Part shown: one piece after another, positions 1 to 9,238 of the stretch
Layout of the letters: the number at the start of each line of letters is the position of its first letter
Numbering within the stretch: position 1 is the first letter of the stretch
Assembly: GCA_963731515.1 (NCBI GenBank)
Contig: CAVSVU010000014.1
Location: forward strand, 547,941-611,940
DNA: 64,000 bases
Direction of reading: 5' to 3'
Origin: an uncultured Actinomycetes bacterium
Lineage (GTDB): Bacteria > Actinomycetota > Thermoleophilia > Gaiellales > JAICJC01
Notes under the pieces: model-generated
Databases searched by the model: none
Seen by the model: the letters and a program-made list of their open reading frames with translations, nothing else
What the model was told of the DNA's origin: nothing
Program-made: the position numbers and the translations under genes

Positions 1-66
1 GGCCGCCAGCGCGGGCACGTCGCGGGTCACAGGGACGACCGCCGGAGCCTCGTCGAGCGCACTCAT
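1..66 (-). CDS. 5' end of an unidentified CDS running off the left edge (22 codons visible: MSALDEAPAVVPVTRDVPALAA)
   Basis: ATG at 66-64 on the minus strand. Codons are GC3-rich. Divergent from the CDF gene. Too short to assign a family. Confidence 0.25.
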   Translation of the reverse strand, partial: MSALDEAPAVVPVTRDVPALAA

Positions 67-140
67 CGCATGAAGAACGCCGCGGGGGCGCAGTTCGTGA
101 GAAGGCGCATCGGGCCGATATCCTCACGGGGCTCGATCCG

Positions 141-1091
141 ATGAGCCACGGCCACGACCATCATCACGGCCACGGCGGCCATTCCCACGCCGTCTCTGCC
201 GACGCGAACCGGCGCCAGCTCGCGATCGCGCTCGGCCTGATCCTGGGGCTGATGGTGGTCGAGATCGCGGTCGGCCTGGTCGCCGACTCGCTGGCCCTGA
301 TCTCGGACGCGGCCCACATGCTGACCGACGCGGTCGCGATCGGCCTCTCGCTGTGGGCGGCGTGGCTCGCCACCCGCCCGGCGAGGGGCTCGCTGACCTA
401 CGGCTACCGCCGGGCCGAGATCCTGGCCGCCCAGTTCAACGGGGCCACACTGCTCACCCTGGCCGTCCTGATCGTGATCGAGGCCGTGCGCCGCCTGTAC
501 TCGCCCCCGTCCGTCGACGCCGGGCTGATCCTGGCGGTCGCGGTTCTCGGCGTCGGCGTCAACCTGCTCGCGACCTGGGTGCTCGCGCAGGCCAACCGCG
601 GGAGCCTGAACGTCGAGGGCAGCTACCAGCACATCCTCACCGACCTTTACGCGTTCATCGGCACGGGGATCGCCGCGGTCGTGATCCTCACCACCGGCTT
701 CGAGCGGGCCGATCCGATCGCCTCGCTGTTCGTCGCGGCGCTCATGCTGCGTGCAGCCTACGGCCTGCTCAAGGCCAGCGGCCGGATCTTCCTCGAGGCC
801 GCGCCGGAGGGGATGGACGTGGAGGAGGTCGGCACGACGCTCGCCGGCCATCCCGGCGTCGTCGAGGTGCACGACCTGCACGTGTGGGAGGTGACGTCCG
901 GTTTCCCCTCCCTGTCCGCGCACGTCCTGGTCGAGCACGACGCCGACTGCCACGGGATCCGCGAGCAGCTCGAGCAGGTGCTCGACGACCGCTACCACAT
1001 CCACCACACGACGCTCCAGGTCGAGCACCGCAAGCCCCGGCTCGTGCAGATGTCGTCGCGGCGCTCGCGCCGCGAGGCCGGCGGAAGCTGA
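141..1091 (+). CDS. Cation diffusion facilitator (CzcD/ZitB-like) divalent-metal efflux transporter
   Basis: 316-aa ORF. His-rich N-terminus (HGHDHHHGHGGHSH). Six hydrophobic segments. HxxxD-type metal-site motifs (AAHMLTD, HILTD). C-terminal cytoplasmic domain typical of CDF proteins. Confidence 0.9.
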   Translation: MSHGHDHHHGHGGHSHAVSADANRRQLAIALGLILGLMVVEIAVGLVADSLALISDAAHMLTDAVAIGLSLWAAWLATRPARGSLTYGYRRAEILAAQFNGATLLTLAVLIVIEAVRRLYSPPSVDAGLILAVAVLGVGVNLLATWVLAQANRGSLNVEGSYQHILTDLYAFIGTGIAAVVILTTGFERADPIASLFVAALMLRAAYGLLKASGRIFLEAAPEGMDVEEVGTTLAGHPGVVEVHDLHVWEVTSGFPSLSAHVLVEHDADCHGIREQLEQVLDDRYHIHHTTLQVEHRKPRLVQMSSRRSRREAGGS

Positions 1092-1161
1092 AACCACCGC
1101 CGGCCGGGAGGACGTTCCCTCCCGGCCGGCGGCGTCGACCCCTCGGTAGAGCGCGCGGTAC

Positions 1162-1920
1162 CTAGTGGCGGTACCGGTAGATGGCCACGTAGTCGATCTG
1201 CAGCGCGACCTTGCGCGGCGTCGTCGAGTCCGGCATCACCCCGGTGAAGCCGTTCGAGCCGACGTTCGTCTGCATGGCCAGGTGCATCGGCGACGACGGG
1301 ATGTGGCTCTTGTAGTTCGCCCACAGCCGGCCGTCGAGGCGGACCGTGATCTGGCCCGGCACCCACGCGAGCGTCATCGTGTGCCATTTCGTGAAGTCGG
1401 CGGACACGCGGGCGTGCACGCGCGTGCTGCCGTAGTGGAGCGTCGCCGTCTCGATGCGGCGGGCGGCGCCCTTGTCGGACGACTCCTCGATCCAGTCGAC
1501 GACCGTGCCGCCGCCGTTCGGGCGCAGGGCGACGTCCATGCCGACGCCCTTGCCGCGGTTCATGCGGAACCGGACGACCCAGCGGCCGTACGTCTGGCTG
1601 ACGAGGCGCGCCATCGACGTGCCGCCCGACACCCAGCGGCCGCCGTACTGCGGATCCTTGTACGTCTGGATGCGCAGCGCGCCGGCCTTCGACACTACGT
1701 GGGAGGGTGCCCAGAGCGACTGCGGACAGCACCCCGGGACGCCGTTGTAGAGCGTCCAGGTGTGGCGAGCGAGCGGCAGCTGGAACTGGCGGTAGAAGAT
1801 CCGCTGCGGGAACCGCGCCGACACCGGCGGCGGGGTCGCGGCCGACGCCTGGGCGGCGAGTGTGCCCGCCGCCACGACGAGGACCGCGAGGAACACTGTG
1901 AGCTTGCTGGTTCGTTGCAT
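1162..1920 (-). CDS. Secreted concanavalin-like / GH16-fold glycoside hydrolase (putative)
   Basis: Start moved to MQRTSKL. Signal peptide LTVFLAVLVVAAGTLAAQASA. Beta-rich domain of about 230 aa resembling family-16 glucanase-like proteins. Family assigned from memory only. Confidence 0.5.
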   Translation of the reverse strand: MQRTSKLTVFLAVLVVAAGTLAAQASAATPPPVSARFPQRIFYRQFQLPLARHTWTLYNGVPGCCPQSLWAPSHVVSKAGALRIQTYKDPQYGGRWVSGGTSMARLVSQTYGRWVVRFRMNRGKGVGMDVALRPNGGGTVVDWIEESSDKGAARRIETATLHYGSTRVHARVSADFTKWHTMTLAWVPGQITVRLDGRLWANYKSHIPSSPMHLAMQTNVGSNGFTGVMPDSTTPRKVALQIDYVAIYRYRH

Positions 1921-2059
1921 GCGGCCATCATCGGCAATCGGACGCCGCTTCCACATGCTTCCAAGAGATTCTCACAACACGCTCAATTACCGTTTACAAC
2001 CAGGCTCCAAGACGGGTCGTGCGCCCGGACGGTGCGCGCGTTATCGTCTCCGGCCGACC

Positions 2060-2620
2060 GTGCGCACCGCACTTCTCCCCGCGCCGCTGCTCCTCATCGC
2101 CGCCACGCTCGTCCTGGCCGGATGCGGCGGATCGGGGTCGTCCGGCTCCGCGCCGACGGTGACGAAGACCGTCACGACCACGCAGAGCGCGAGCAGTGCG
2201 GGCTCCTCGTCGACGGCCGTCTCGGGCCAGACCACGGCGTCCGGCGTCCAGAACCTGGTGGTGACGAACGCGATCCGAAGCCAGCTCCTCGCCGCCGGCG
2301 CCGCCCTCCACCAACTGCCCGTGTCGGATTACACCGGCCTCGTCAAGGGCGAGACCTATTACGCGCTCGACCCGGCCACCCGCGACCACTGGGCCGGGGC
2401 CGCGCTCGTCGCCGCCAAGAGCTCCCAGAAGGCCCAGATCGGAAACCAGGACGACGGCGCCTACCTGGTGTTCCGGCGGACCGGCTCCGGGCCGTGGAAG
2501 GCGTGGGATGCCGGTATTCCCGGCAACAGCAACTTCAGGTGCGCCGTCACGCCGCCCGCGGGCGTCCTCGGTGTCTGGAACTGGGCGCCCGGCACCTGCC
2601 ACCCGCGCAGCAGCGACTGA
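2060..2620 (+). CDS. Hypothetical lipoprotein
   Basis: GTG at 2060 followed by a lipobox-type signal (LLLIAATLVLAGCGGSGSS). GC3-rich coding frame. No family recognised. Confidence 0.5.
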   Translation: MRTALLPAPLLLIAATLVLAGCGGSGSSGSAPTVTKTVTTTQSASSAGSSSTAVSGQTTASGVQNLVVTNAIRSQLLAAGAALHQLPVSDYTGLVKGETYYALDPATRDHWAGAALVAAKSSQKAQIGNQDDGAYLVFRRTGSGPWKAWDAGIPGNSNFRCAVTPPAGVLGVWNWAPGTCHPRSSD

Positions 2621-2631
2621 CGCGAACGACG

Positions 2632-2841
2632 CTACGCGTCGATCGCGACCATCACGTCCGACGCCTTGATCACGGCGGTCGCGCTCGAGCCCTCCTTCAG
2701 GCCGAGCTCGTCGACCGCCTCGACGGTGATCGACGCGACGATCCGCTGGCCGCCGACGTCGAGGACGACGTTTGCGATCGCCTCGCCGCGGGTGATCTTG
2801 ACGACGGTGCCGTCGAGCCGGTTGCGGGCGCTGAGCTTCAA
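2632..2841 (-). CDS. Molybdopterin-binding Mop / TOBE-domain protein (possible independent gene inside the hydrolase ORF)
   Basis: (M/L)KLSARNRLDGTVVKITRGEAIANVVLDVGG...AVIKASDVMVAIDA is a canonical Mop/TOBE sequence. GAAGGAG lies 5 nt upstream of TTG at 2841. TTGA gives a start-stop overlap in another frame. Confidence 0.55.
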   Translation of the reverse strand: MKLSARNRLDGTVVKITRGEAIANVVLDVGGQRIVASITVEAVDELGLKEGSSATAVIKASDVMVAIDA

Positions 2842-4566
2842 GGGATCTCCTTCCTCGCGCACGGGGCGCATGGGAACCAGGACATGCGACGGCCGGGCCG
2901 CATCGTGGAAGACGGTCTGGTGGGCGACCAGCATCTCGCTGCCCCTCCCCGGCAGCTCGGCCGTGTTCAGGTTCCGATCGTAGCGATCGAACTCGCTCGA
3001 GGACACCTCCACCCGCAGCCGATGGCCCGCTCCCAGGCGGTACGCCGTCGCCCACAGGTCGATCTCGACCTCGTACACGCGGCCGGGCTCGAGCAGCTGC
3101 CGGCCCCGCTCCGGCGCGCGCAGGCTCATCCGCAGGATCCCGTCCTGGATCAGGTTCGCGGCGCCGTCGGGAAAGACGTCGACGAGCGCCATCGTGAAGT
3201 CGGTGTCGACGGCATCCGTCGCGACGTGCAGCCGTGCCTGCAGGTCGCCGACGATCTCGACCGGCTCGGCGAAGGGCTCGCTCGTGTAGACGAGCACGTC
3301 GGCCCGGGCCTCGATCGGGCGGCGGTCGCCGATGTTCAGGCCGAACGTCCACGGGTTCGTGCCGAGCGTCCATGCCACCGGGTCGGCGGGGTCGTAGGCG
3401 TAGGCGTCGGGGGGCTCCTCCCCCGGCGTGTCGCCGTCCAGGCTTCCCCCCTCCGCCGACGCGCCGGCCCCGTGCAGGTACCAGGCTCGTGTCTCGCCCC
3501 CCGGCGGCGGCCACGTGTCGGCGGTGCGCCACTCGTCAGCGCCCATGACGAAGTAGCTCACGAGCGGCTCGTCCTCGAACCCGTTGTCGATCCCCATCAG
3601 GTAGCGGTCGTAGAACCGCTGCAGCCGGTCCCAGCGGTGGGTGCCATCGTCACGGACCGGCAGGATCCCGACCCGCTCGGCCGGGCCCGGCGGGCCCTCG
3701 TGGCTCCAGGGGCCGATCATGAGGGAGTTGCGGCCGCCGGAGCGGTCGAGCCGGCGGTAGCGCTTCCAGTCGCGCAGCTGCTGGCCCGTGTAGTTGTCGA
3801 ACCAGCCGCACCAGTGCAGGATCGGGATGTCGATCGCGTCGTGGGCCGCGCGCCGGCAGCGCACCTGCCAGTAGCGCGAGCCGGGCAGGCAGAAGCCGAC
3901 GATCTCCGAGAAGTAGTGGTTCCCGCGGCCGGCCGCAGCGGCCATGTCGAGCGTCGGCAGGTGCCACACGTCGACGCCCGGCAGCGGCTCGCCGGGGATG
4001 GGATGTTTGAGCGGGTCGACCCACCAGATCGCCCACAGCGCCTCGGCCGCGAGCCGCAGGCAGCCGTTGCGGTAGGTGCCGTCGTAGCGGTCGACGGGGA
4101 AGTCGCCGGGGGCGATGCACGCGAGCGCCGGGTGCGGGATCGAGGCGGCGGCGAAGCTCGTCACCGAGTAGTACGACTCGCCGGTCAGCGCCACCTTTCC
4201 CGACGACCACGGCTGCTCGGCGATCCAGGCGACCGAGTCGTAGCCGTCCTCGGCCTCGTTGGTCGGGTGCGCCGGGTCGAAGACGCCCTCGGAGCCGTAC
4301 GTGCCGCGGCAGTCCTGGCCGACGAAGGCGTAGCCCTTGCGGTTCCAGTGCGCGGCGATGTCCGGGATGCCGCAGTACTCCACCGTCTTGCCGTACGGCA
4401 GCCGGATCATCACCGCCGGGAACGGCCCCTCCGCCTCGGGCAGATAGACGTCGGTGGCGAGCGACAGGCCGTCGCGCATCTCCACCATCACGTCGCGCAG
4501 CACCGTCCCGGGGCGGGCGCGGTCGGGCGTCCCCGACGCCGTCCAGACGAACCCCTCCTCTGCCAT
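2632..4566 (-). CDS. CocE/NonD-family (X-Pro dipeptidyl-peptidase S15-like) hydrolase ORF that continues in frame into a Mop/TOBE domain
   Basis: Start at MAEEGFVW. Alpha/beta-hydrolase part (RLPYGK, GQDCRGTYGSEG, ALTGESYYS) plus a C-terminal jelly-roll part ending HVLVP. There is no stop before the 69-codon Mop sequence. Confidence 0.8.
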   Translation of the reverse strand: MAEEGFVWTASGTPDRARPGTVLRDVMVEMRDGLSLATDVYLPEAEGPFPAVMIRLPYGKTVEYCGIPDIAAHWNRKGYAFVGQDCRGTYGSEGVFDPAHPTNEAEDGYDSVAWIAEQPWSSGKVALTGESYYSVTSFAAASIPHPALACIAPGDFPVDRYDGTYRNGCLRLAAEALWAIWWVDPLKHPIPGEPLPGVDVWHLPTLDMAAAAGRGNHYFSEIVGFCLPGSRYWQVRCRRAAHDAIDIPILHWCGWFDNYTGQQLRDWKRYRRLDRSGGRNSLMIGPWSHEGPPGPAERVGILPVRDDGTHRWDRLQRFYDRYLMGIDNGFEDEPLVSYFVMGADEWRTADTWPPPGGETRAWYLHGAGASAEGGSLDGDTPGEEPPDAYAYDPADPVAWTLGTNPWTFGLNIGDRRPIEARADVLVYTSEPFAEPVEIVGDLQARLHVATDAVDTDFTMALVDVFPDGAANLIQDGILRMSLRAPERGRQLLEPGRVYEVEIDLWATAYRLGAGHRLRVEVSSSEFDRYDRNLNTAELPGRGSEMLVAHQTVFHDAARPSHVLVPMRPVREEGDPLKLSARNRLDGTVVKITRGEAIANVVLDVGGQRIVASITVEAVDELGLKEGSSATAVIKASDVMVAIDA

Positions 4567-4603
4567 CGCGCGATCATACGAGGGGCGGGGGTACAGTGCG
4601 GAC

Positions 4604-4885
4604 ATGTGCCGATCAATTCGCCCACTCCACAATTACGACCCCCCGACGACCGAGCAGGACGTCCGGGACGCGTCGCTCCAGTACGTCCGCAAGATCAGCG
4701 GCATGACCAAACCGGCGAAGGCCAACGAAGAGGCGTTCGCCCGGGCCGTCGAGGCCGTCACCGCGGCGTCGGCGCGGCTGCTGGACGAGCTCGTCACGAA
4801 CGCCCCGCCGCGCGACCGCGCCCTCGAGATCGCGCGCGCCCGGGAGCGCGCGGCCGCCCGCTACGGCGAGCGCGGCGCTGCCTGA
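4604..4885 (+). CDS. DUF2277-family protein
   Basis: MCRSIRPLHNYDPPTTEQDVRDASLQYVRKISGMTKPAKANEEAF matches the conserved N-terminus of DUF2277 proteins as I remember it. Confidence 0.7.
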   Translation: MCRSIRPLHNYDPPTTEQDVRDASLQYVRKISGMTKPAKANEEAFARAVEAVTAASARLLDELVTNAPPRDRALEIARARERAAARYGERGAA

Positions 4886-4892
4886 CCCGGCC

Positions 4893-5573
4893 GTGGCCGA
4901 GCGCATGCTGGTCGAGGTGTGGTCGGATCTCGTGTGCCCGTGGTGCTACCTGGGCAAGCGCCGGCTCGAGGGCGCGCTCGAGCGCTTCGAGCATGCCGAC
5001 CACGTCGACGTCGTCTGGCGCAGCTTCGAGCTCGAGCCGGACGCGCCGAAGGCCGCCGAGAGCCGCCGCGCCCTGCTCCTCTCCCGCTACGGCATGACCC
5101 CGGAGCAGGCGGCCGAGCGCGACGCCCAGATGACCGCCCTCGCGGCCGAGGCCGGGCTCGAGTACCGCCCCGACCTGGCCCAGCTCGGGAACACGTTCGA
5201 CGCCCACCGCGTGCTGCACGCGGCCCGGGCCGCCGGCCTCCAGCCGCAGGCCAAGGAGCGGCTCCTGCGGGCCTACTTCACCGAGGGCCGCAGGCTGACC
5301 GACGCGGACACCCTGGTCGAGCTCGCCGCCGACGCCGGCCTCGACGCCGAGACCGCGCGCTCGGCGCTCGCCGACGGGAGCTTCGCCGACGAGGTGCGCG
5401 ACGACGAGCGCGAGGCCGCCGCCATCGGCGTCACGGGCGTCCCCTTCTTCGTGCTCAACCGCCGCTACGCAATCTCCGGCGCCCAGCCGAGCGACCTCCT
5501 GCTGCAGGCGCTCGAGCGCACGTGGGCCGAGACGGTCGCGCCCGCGGAAGGCGCCGAGCCGGCCGCATCCTGA
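4893..5573 (+). CDS. DsbA-family (FrnE-like) thiol oxidoreductase
   Basis: VWSDLVCPWCYLGKRRLE active-site CPWC motif. Length about 226 aa. GVTGVPFFVL motif. Confidence 0.85.
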   Translation: MAERMLVEVWSDLVCPWCYLGKRRLEGALERFEHADHVDVVWRSFELEPDAPKAAESRRALLLSRYGMTPEQAAERDAQMTALAAEAGLEYRPDLAQLGNTFDAHRVLHAARAAGLQPQAKERLLRAYFTEGRRLTDADTLVELAADAGLDAETARSALADGSFADEVRDDEREAAAIGVTGVPFFVLNRRYAISGAQPSDLLLQALERTWAETVAPAEGAEPAAS

Positions 5574-5616
5574 CGCTTCCGGTTTCGGCCCGGGCTCCCG
5601 CGGGTACCTGGGCAGC

Positions 5617-5775
5617 ATGTGGTTGCTCATACTTCTTATCCTGGCCCTGATCCTCTTCGGAGTTTGGGGCGCGATCAAGATCGCCTTCTGGGTGCTCTTG
5701 ATCGCACTCGTGGTGGCGCTCGTCGCCGGGTTCCTCGGCCGCGGTCTCTTCGGGAGTCGCGGGAGCGCCCTCTAG
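5617..5775 (+). CDS. Small hydrophobic membrane protein (52 aa)
   Basis: Not in the ORF track (under 60 aa). ATG 5617, TAG 5773-5775. MWLLILLILALILFGVWGAIKIAFWVLLIALVVALVAGFLGRG gives two predicted TM helices. Confidence 0.4.
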   Translation: MWLLILLILALILFGVWGAIKIAFWVLLIALVVALVAGFLGRGLFGSRGSAL

Positions 5776-5861
5776 CCATCGCGGCGGCCCGGGCCGGCGG
5801 CGTGCAGCGCTGACGCCGCCGGCCCGTGGATCTCTCTTCACGCCGCAGAGAGGAGGCAACG

Positions 5862-6038
5862 ATGTTCGGCTTCATGCGCAGCGCGCTTCTGATCGCGTTC
5901 CTCGTCGTCGGCGTTCTCGTGGCGCAGTCGCACCACTACCTCCGCCACCTGCACGCCATCCGCCCGGTCGCGTCGGCCGCCCTGGCCGTCGTGCTGTGGC
6001 CGATCGTCCTTCTGGGCGCGAACCTGCACCTGCACTGA
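5862..6038 (+). CDS. Small membrane protein (58 aa)
   Basis: GAGGAGG Shine-Dalgarno 6 nt upstream of ATG 5862. Two hydrophobic helices (MFGFMRSALLIAFLVVGVLVA...ALAVVLWPIVLLGA). Confidence 0.5.
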   Translation: MFGFMRSALLIAFLVVGVLVAQSHHYLRHLHAIRPVASAALAVVLWPIVLLGANLHLH

Positions 6039-6072
6039 GGCCCCGCGGCGGTCGCCCGCACTACAGTGGGGC

Positions 6073-7131
6073 ATGAGCCGGATCGTGTCGGTCGTGGGCG
6101 CGCCGTCGAGCGCGGGCGCCTACGCCCCCGGGCAGGAGGAGGCGCCCGCGGCGCTGCGCGCGGCGGGTCTGCTCGAGCTGCTGGGGTCTGACCCCGGGGT
6201 CGAGGTGCGTGACGCCGGCGACCTGCCCGGGTTCCGGTGGCGGCCCGACCGCGCCGACCGGGCGGCCCAGAACCTGGCCGAGGTGGCGGCAACCGCCGTG
6301 CGGGTGCGCGAGGCCGTCGCGCCCGTGCTCCGATCCGGCGCATTCGCGCTCGTGCTCGGCGGCGACTGCACCGTCGGGGTCGGCACCGTCGCGGGGAGCG
6401 TGATCGCGGGCGGCGAGACCGGGGTCGTCTACCTGGACATGCACGCCGACCTGAACGTCCCCGCGAGCGTCCCGGACGGCGCGCTCGACTGGATGGGCGT
6501 CGCGCACATGCTGGCCGTCGACGGCGCCCGGCCGGAGCTGCGTGACGTCGGCCCGCGCACGCCGCTGCTCGACCCGGCGAGCATCGTCGTGCTCGGCCAC
6601 GAGGACTCCCAGGCCACCGGCTGGGAGCGCGATCTGATCCGCCGCCTCGGCGTGGCGTGCGTGCCGGCGCAGGCGCTCCGGGCAGACCCGGCGGCCGCGG
6701 CCGCCGCGGCGATCGCCGCCCTCCCCCGCGGGTGCACCCGGATCCTCGTCCATTTCGACGTGGACGTGGTCGACTTCGTCGACGCGCCGCTGTCCGAGAA
6801 CACGGGCCGCAACATCGGCGTGCCGCTCGACGCGGCGCTCGCCGCCCTCGCCGGGATCATGGCCGACGGCCGGGCGCAGGCCCTGACCGTGACCGAGCTC
6901 AACCCCCATCACGCGTCGGCCGACGCGGACGCCCTGCCGCGCGTGTGTGCCGGCCTCGCCGACGCGCTCGGCCGCGCGCGCCGGGTAGCGTCCCTCGCGT
7001 GCAGCGGATCGCGTGGAGGATCCTGGCCGCGGCCGCCCTGGTCGGCGTCCTGGTCGTCGGCCGCAGCTCGGTCGAGCCCGGGCTCGTCGTGGCGAGCGTC
7101 GGCAAGGGCCCCGACCGCCGCCCCGCCGTGA
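6073..7131 (+). CDS. Arginase/agmatinase/formiminoglutamase-family metallohydrolase
   Basis: Mn-site signature pieces LGGDCTVG, YLDMHADLN, HFDVDVVDF, TELNPHH. The last roughly 45 codons overlap the next gene and look non-coding, so the 3' end is uncertain. Confidence 0.8.
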   Translation: MSRIVSVVGAPSSAGAYAPGQEEAPAALRAAGLLELLGSDPGVEVRDAGDLPGFRWRPDRADRAAQNLAEVAATAVRVREAVAPVLRSGAFALVLGGDCTVGVGTVAGSVIAGGETGVVYLDMHADLNVPASVPDGALDWMGVAHMLAVDGARPELRDVGPRTPLLDPASIVVLGHEDSQATGWERDLIRRLGVACVPAQALRADPAAAAAAAIAALPRGCTRILVHFDVDVVDFVDAPLSENTGRNIGVPLDAALAALAGIMADGRAQALTVTELNPHHASADADALPRVCAGLADALGRARRVASLACSGSRGGSWPRPPWSASWSSAAARSSPGSSWRASARAPTAAPP

Positions 7132-8321
7132 TCCACGACGCCCGGACGCCCATCCGCCACATCGTCTTCATCGTCAAGGAGAACCGCTCGTACGACAACC
7201 TGTACGGCCTGTTCCCCGGCGGGGACGGGACGCGCACCGGGCGCACCGCCGACGGCCGCGTCGTGCGGCTGCGCCGGCTCCAGGACGTCCAGACCGACCT
7301 CCAGCACAACCACCACGCCGCGGTGACGGACATCGCCGGCGGGGCGATGAACGGGTTCTCGGCCGTGCCGGACAAGGACGGCAAGAAGACGATGCTCGCC
7401 TATACGACCGCGTTCCCCGGCCAGCTGCCCGACTACTGGGGCTGGGCGAAGCGCTACGAGCTGCTCGACCACACCTTCTCGTCGGGCGACACGTCCAGCT
7501 TCCCCAACCACCTCTACACCGTCGCAGCCGACGCCGCCGGCGCGGTCGACGGCCCCAACTACGGCGTCGAGAACTGGGGCTGCGACGGCCCCGTGAACCT
7601 GACCGTGCCCGTGATCCGCCACGGCCGGCTCGTCCACGTGCGGCCGTGCTTCAGGATCGACTCGATCGGCGCCCAGCTCGACCGCCGCCGCATCCCCTGG
7701 AGCGAGTACGGGCCGCCCGAGAACGGCCACGGCTACGGCTGGGTCGCCTACGACGCGGTGAAGCCGATCCGGGAGAGCGCAAGCTACGCCCGCCACGTCT
7801 ACCCGCTCGGGTGGCTGCCGGGCGACCTCGATCAGAATTACCTGGCCGCGGTCACCTGGATCGTCCCGCCGTACACCCGCAGCGACCACCCCGGCGGCGC
7901 CTCGCTGTGCGAGGGCGAGAACTGGACCGCCGACCTGATCAACCGGATCATGCGCATGCCGGACTGGCGCCACACGGCGATCGTGCTGACGTGGGACGAG
8001 TGGGGCGGGTTCTACGACCACGTCCCGCCGCCGCAGCCGGATCAGTTCGGGCTGGGCGTCCGCGTCCCCATGCTCATCATCTCGCCGTGGGCCAAGCACG
8101 GCATCGACCACACCACGTACGACTTCACGTCCGTGCTCAAGTTCATCGACGAGGACTTCGGCATGCCCATCCTCAGCCGGCGCGAGCACGAGGCGAACTC
8201 GATCCGCGACGCGTTCCAGTTCTCGCACCCGCTGCCGCGCTGGACGGCGCCGATCCGCACCTGCCCTCCGGTCTCGGCGGCCGAGCTCGCGGCGACCGGC
8301 AGGAACATTGACCCCAGCTGA
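6999..8321 (+). CDS. Phosphoesterase-family protein (phospholipase C / AcpA acid-phosphatase-like)
   Basis: GTG 6999. N-terminal TM/signal (WRILAAAALVGVLVV). IVKENRSYDNLYG, SFPNHLY and TWDEWGGFYDHVPPP motifs of the phosphoesterase family. Confidence 0.8.
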   Translation: MQRIAWRILAAAALVGVLVVGRSSVEPGLVVASVGKGPDRRPAVIHDARTPIRHIVFIVKENRSYDNLYGLFPGGDGTRTGRTADGRVVRLRRLQDVQTDLQHNHHAAVTDIAGGAMNGFSAVPDKDGKKTMLAYTTAFPGQLPDYWGWAKRYELLDHTFSSGDTSSFPNHLYTVAADAAGAVDGPNYGVENWGCDGPVNLTVPVIRHGRLVHVRPCFRIDSIGAQLDRRRIPWSEYGPPENGHGYGWVAYDAVKPIRESASYARHVYPLGWLPGDLDQNYLAAVTWIVPPYTRSDHPGGASLCEGENWTADLINRIMRMPDWRHTAIVLTWDEWGGFYDHVPPPQPDQFGLGVRVPMLIISPWAKHGIDHTTYDFTSVLKFIDEDFGMPILSRREHEANSIRDAFQFSHPLPRWTAPIRTCPPVSAAELAATGRNIDPS

Positions 8322-9238
8322 GCGGCCCATCCTCGTCACCGGGGCGCACCGGTCGGGCACGACCTGGGTGGGCCGGGTGCTGGCCGCGTCGACGAGCCCC
8401 CGGCTCGGCTACCTGTGGGAGCCGTTCAACCCCCGCCACCGGCCGGGCACCTTCACCGTGCGCTTCCCCCGCTACTTCGAGTACGTGTGCGCCGAGAACG
8501 GCGGCCCGTACGTCGAGCCGATGACCGCGGCGCTCGCGTTCCGCTACCGGCCCGGCGCCGAGCTGCGCAGCCTGCGCAGCCCCAAGGACGCCGGCCCGGA
8601 TGGCCCGCGACTGGGGCCGCTTCGCCCGCAACCGGCGCCGGCGGGCGACGGCCCTCGTGAAGGACCCGATCGCGCTCTTCTCGTCGGAGTGGCTGGCGCG
8701 GACGTTCGGCATGCAGGTCGTCGTCATGATCCGTCATCCGGCCGCGTTCGCGGTCAGCATCCGCCGCCGCAACTGGCGCCACCGGTTCGGCGACTTCCTC
8801 GACCAGCCGCTCCTCGTGCGCGACTTCCTGGCGCCGCACGAGGCGGAGCTGCGCGCCGCCGCCGCACGCCGGCCGGACATCCTGGACGAGGCGATCCTGC
8901 TCTGGAACGTGCTCTACGCCGCCGTCGCGGCGCTCCAGGAGCGCCGGCCCGACTGGATCTACGTCCGCCACGAGGACGTCGCGGCGAGCCCCGTCGAGCG
9001 CTACCGCGAGCTCTACGCCGGCCTCGGCCTCGAGTGGACGGCGCCCGTCGAGCGGCTCGTGCGCGAGACGTCTTCGGCATCGAACACGGGCGAGGCCCGC
9101 CGGGCCGACTCGATCCGGCGGGCCAGCGCATCACAGGTGCGGGCGTGGACGTCGCAGCTCTCCCCCGAGGAGACCGAGCGGGTCCGCAGCGGGACCGACC
9201 CGCTCTGGCGGCGCTACTACGCCGACGGCGACTGGTAG
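8308..9238 (+). pseudogene. Sulfotransferase-family protein, interrupted by one frameshift
   Basis: The PAPS-loop-like VTGAHRSGTTW N-terminus is in one frame (8308 to about 8597). The rest (ALVKDPIALFSSEWL...IRHPAAF...) is in the next frame, ending at 9238. The join needs a 1-nt correction in GGCCCGG at about 8593-8599. Confidence 0.7.

Noticed and set aside
1165-5097. Very long ORFs in the track: 1165-5097 (1310 aa), 18335-23026 (1563 aa), 23623-26601 (992 aa), 992-1732, 45084-46988 and many others.
   Set aside because: Their translations are Arg/Ala/Pro/Gly-rich low-complexity strings with no recognisable domains. They lie antisense to, or out of frame with, genes that have clear family signatures. 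This is the usual stop-codon-poor artefact of DNA with about 70% GC. Only the last roughly 105 codons of 23623-26601 (flaG) are real.
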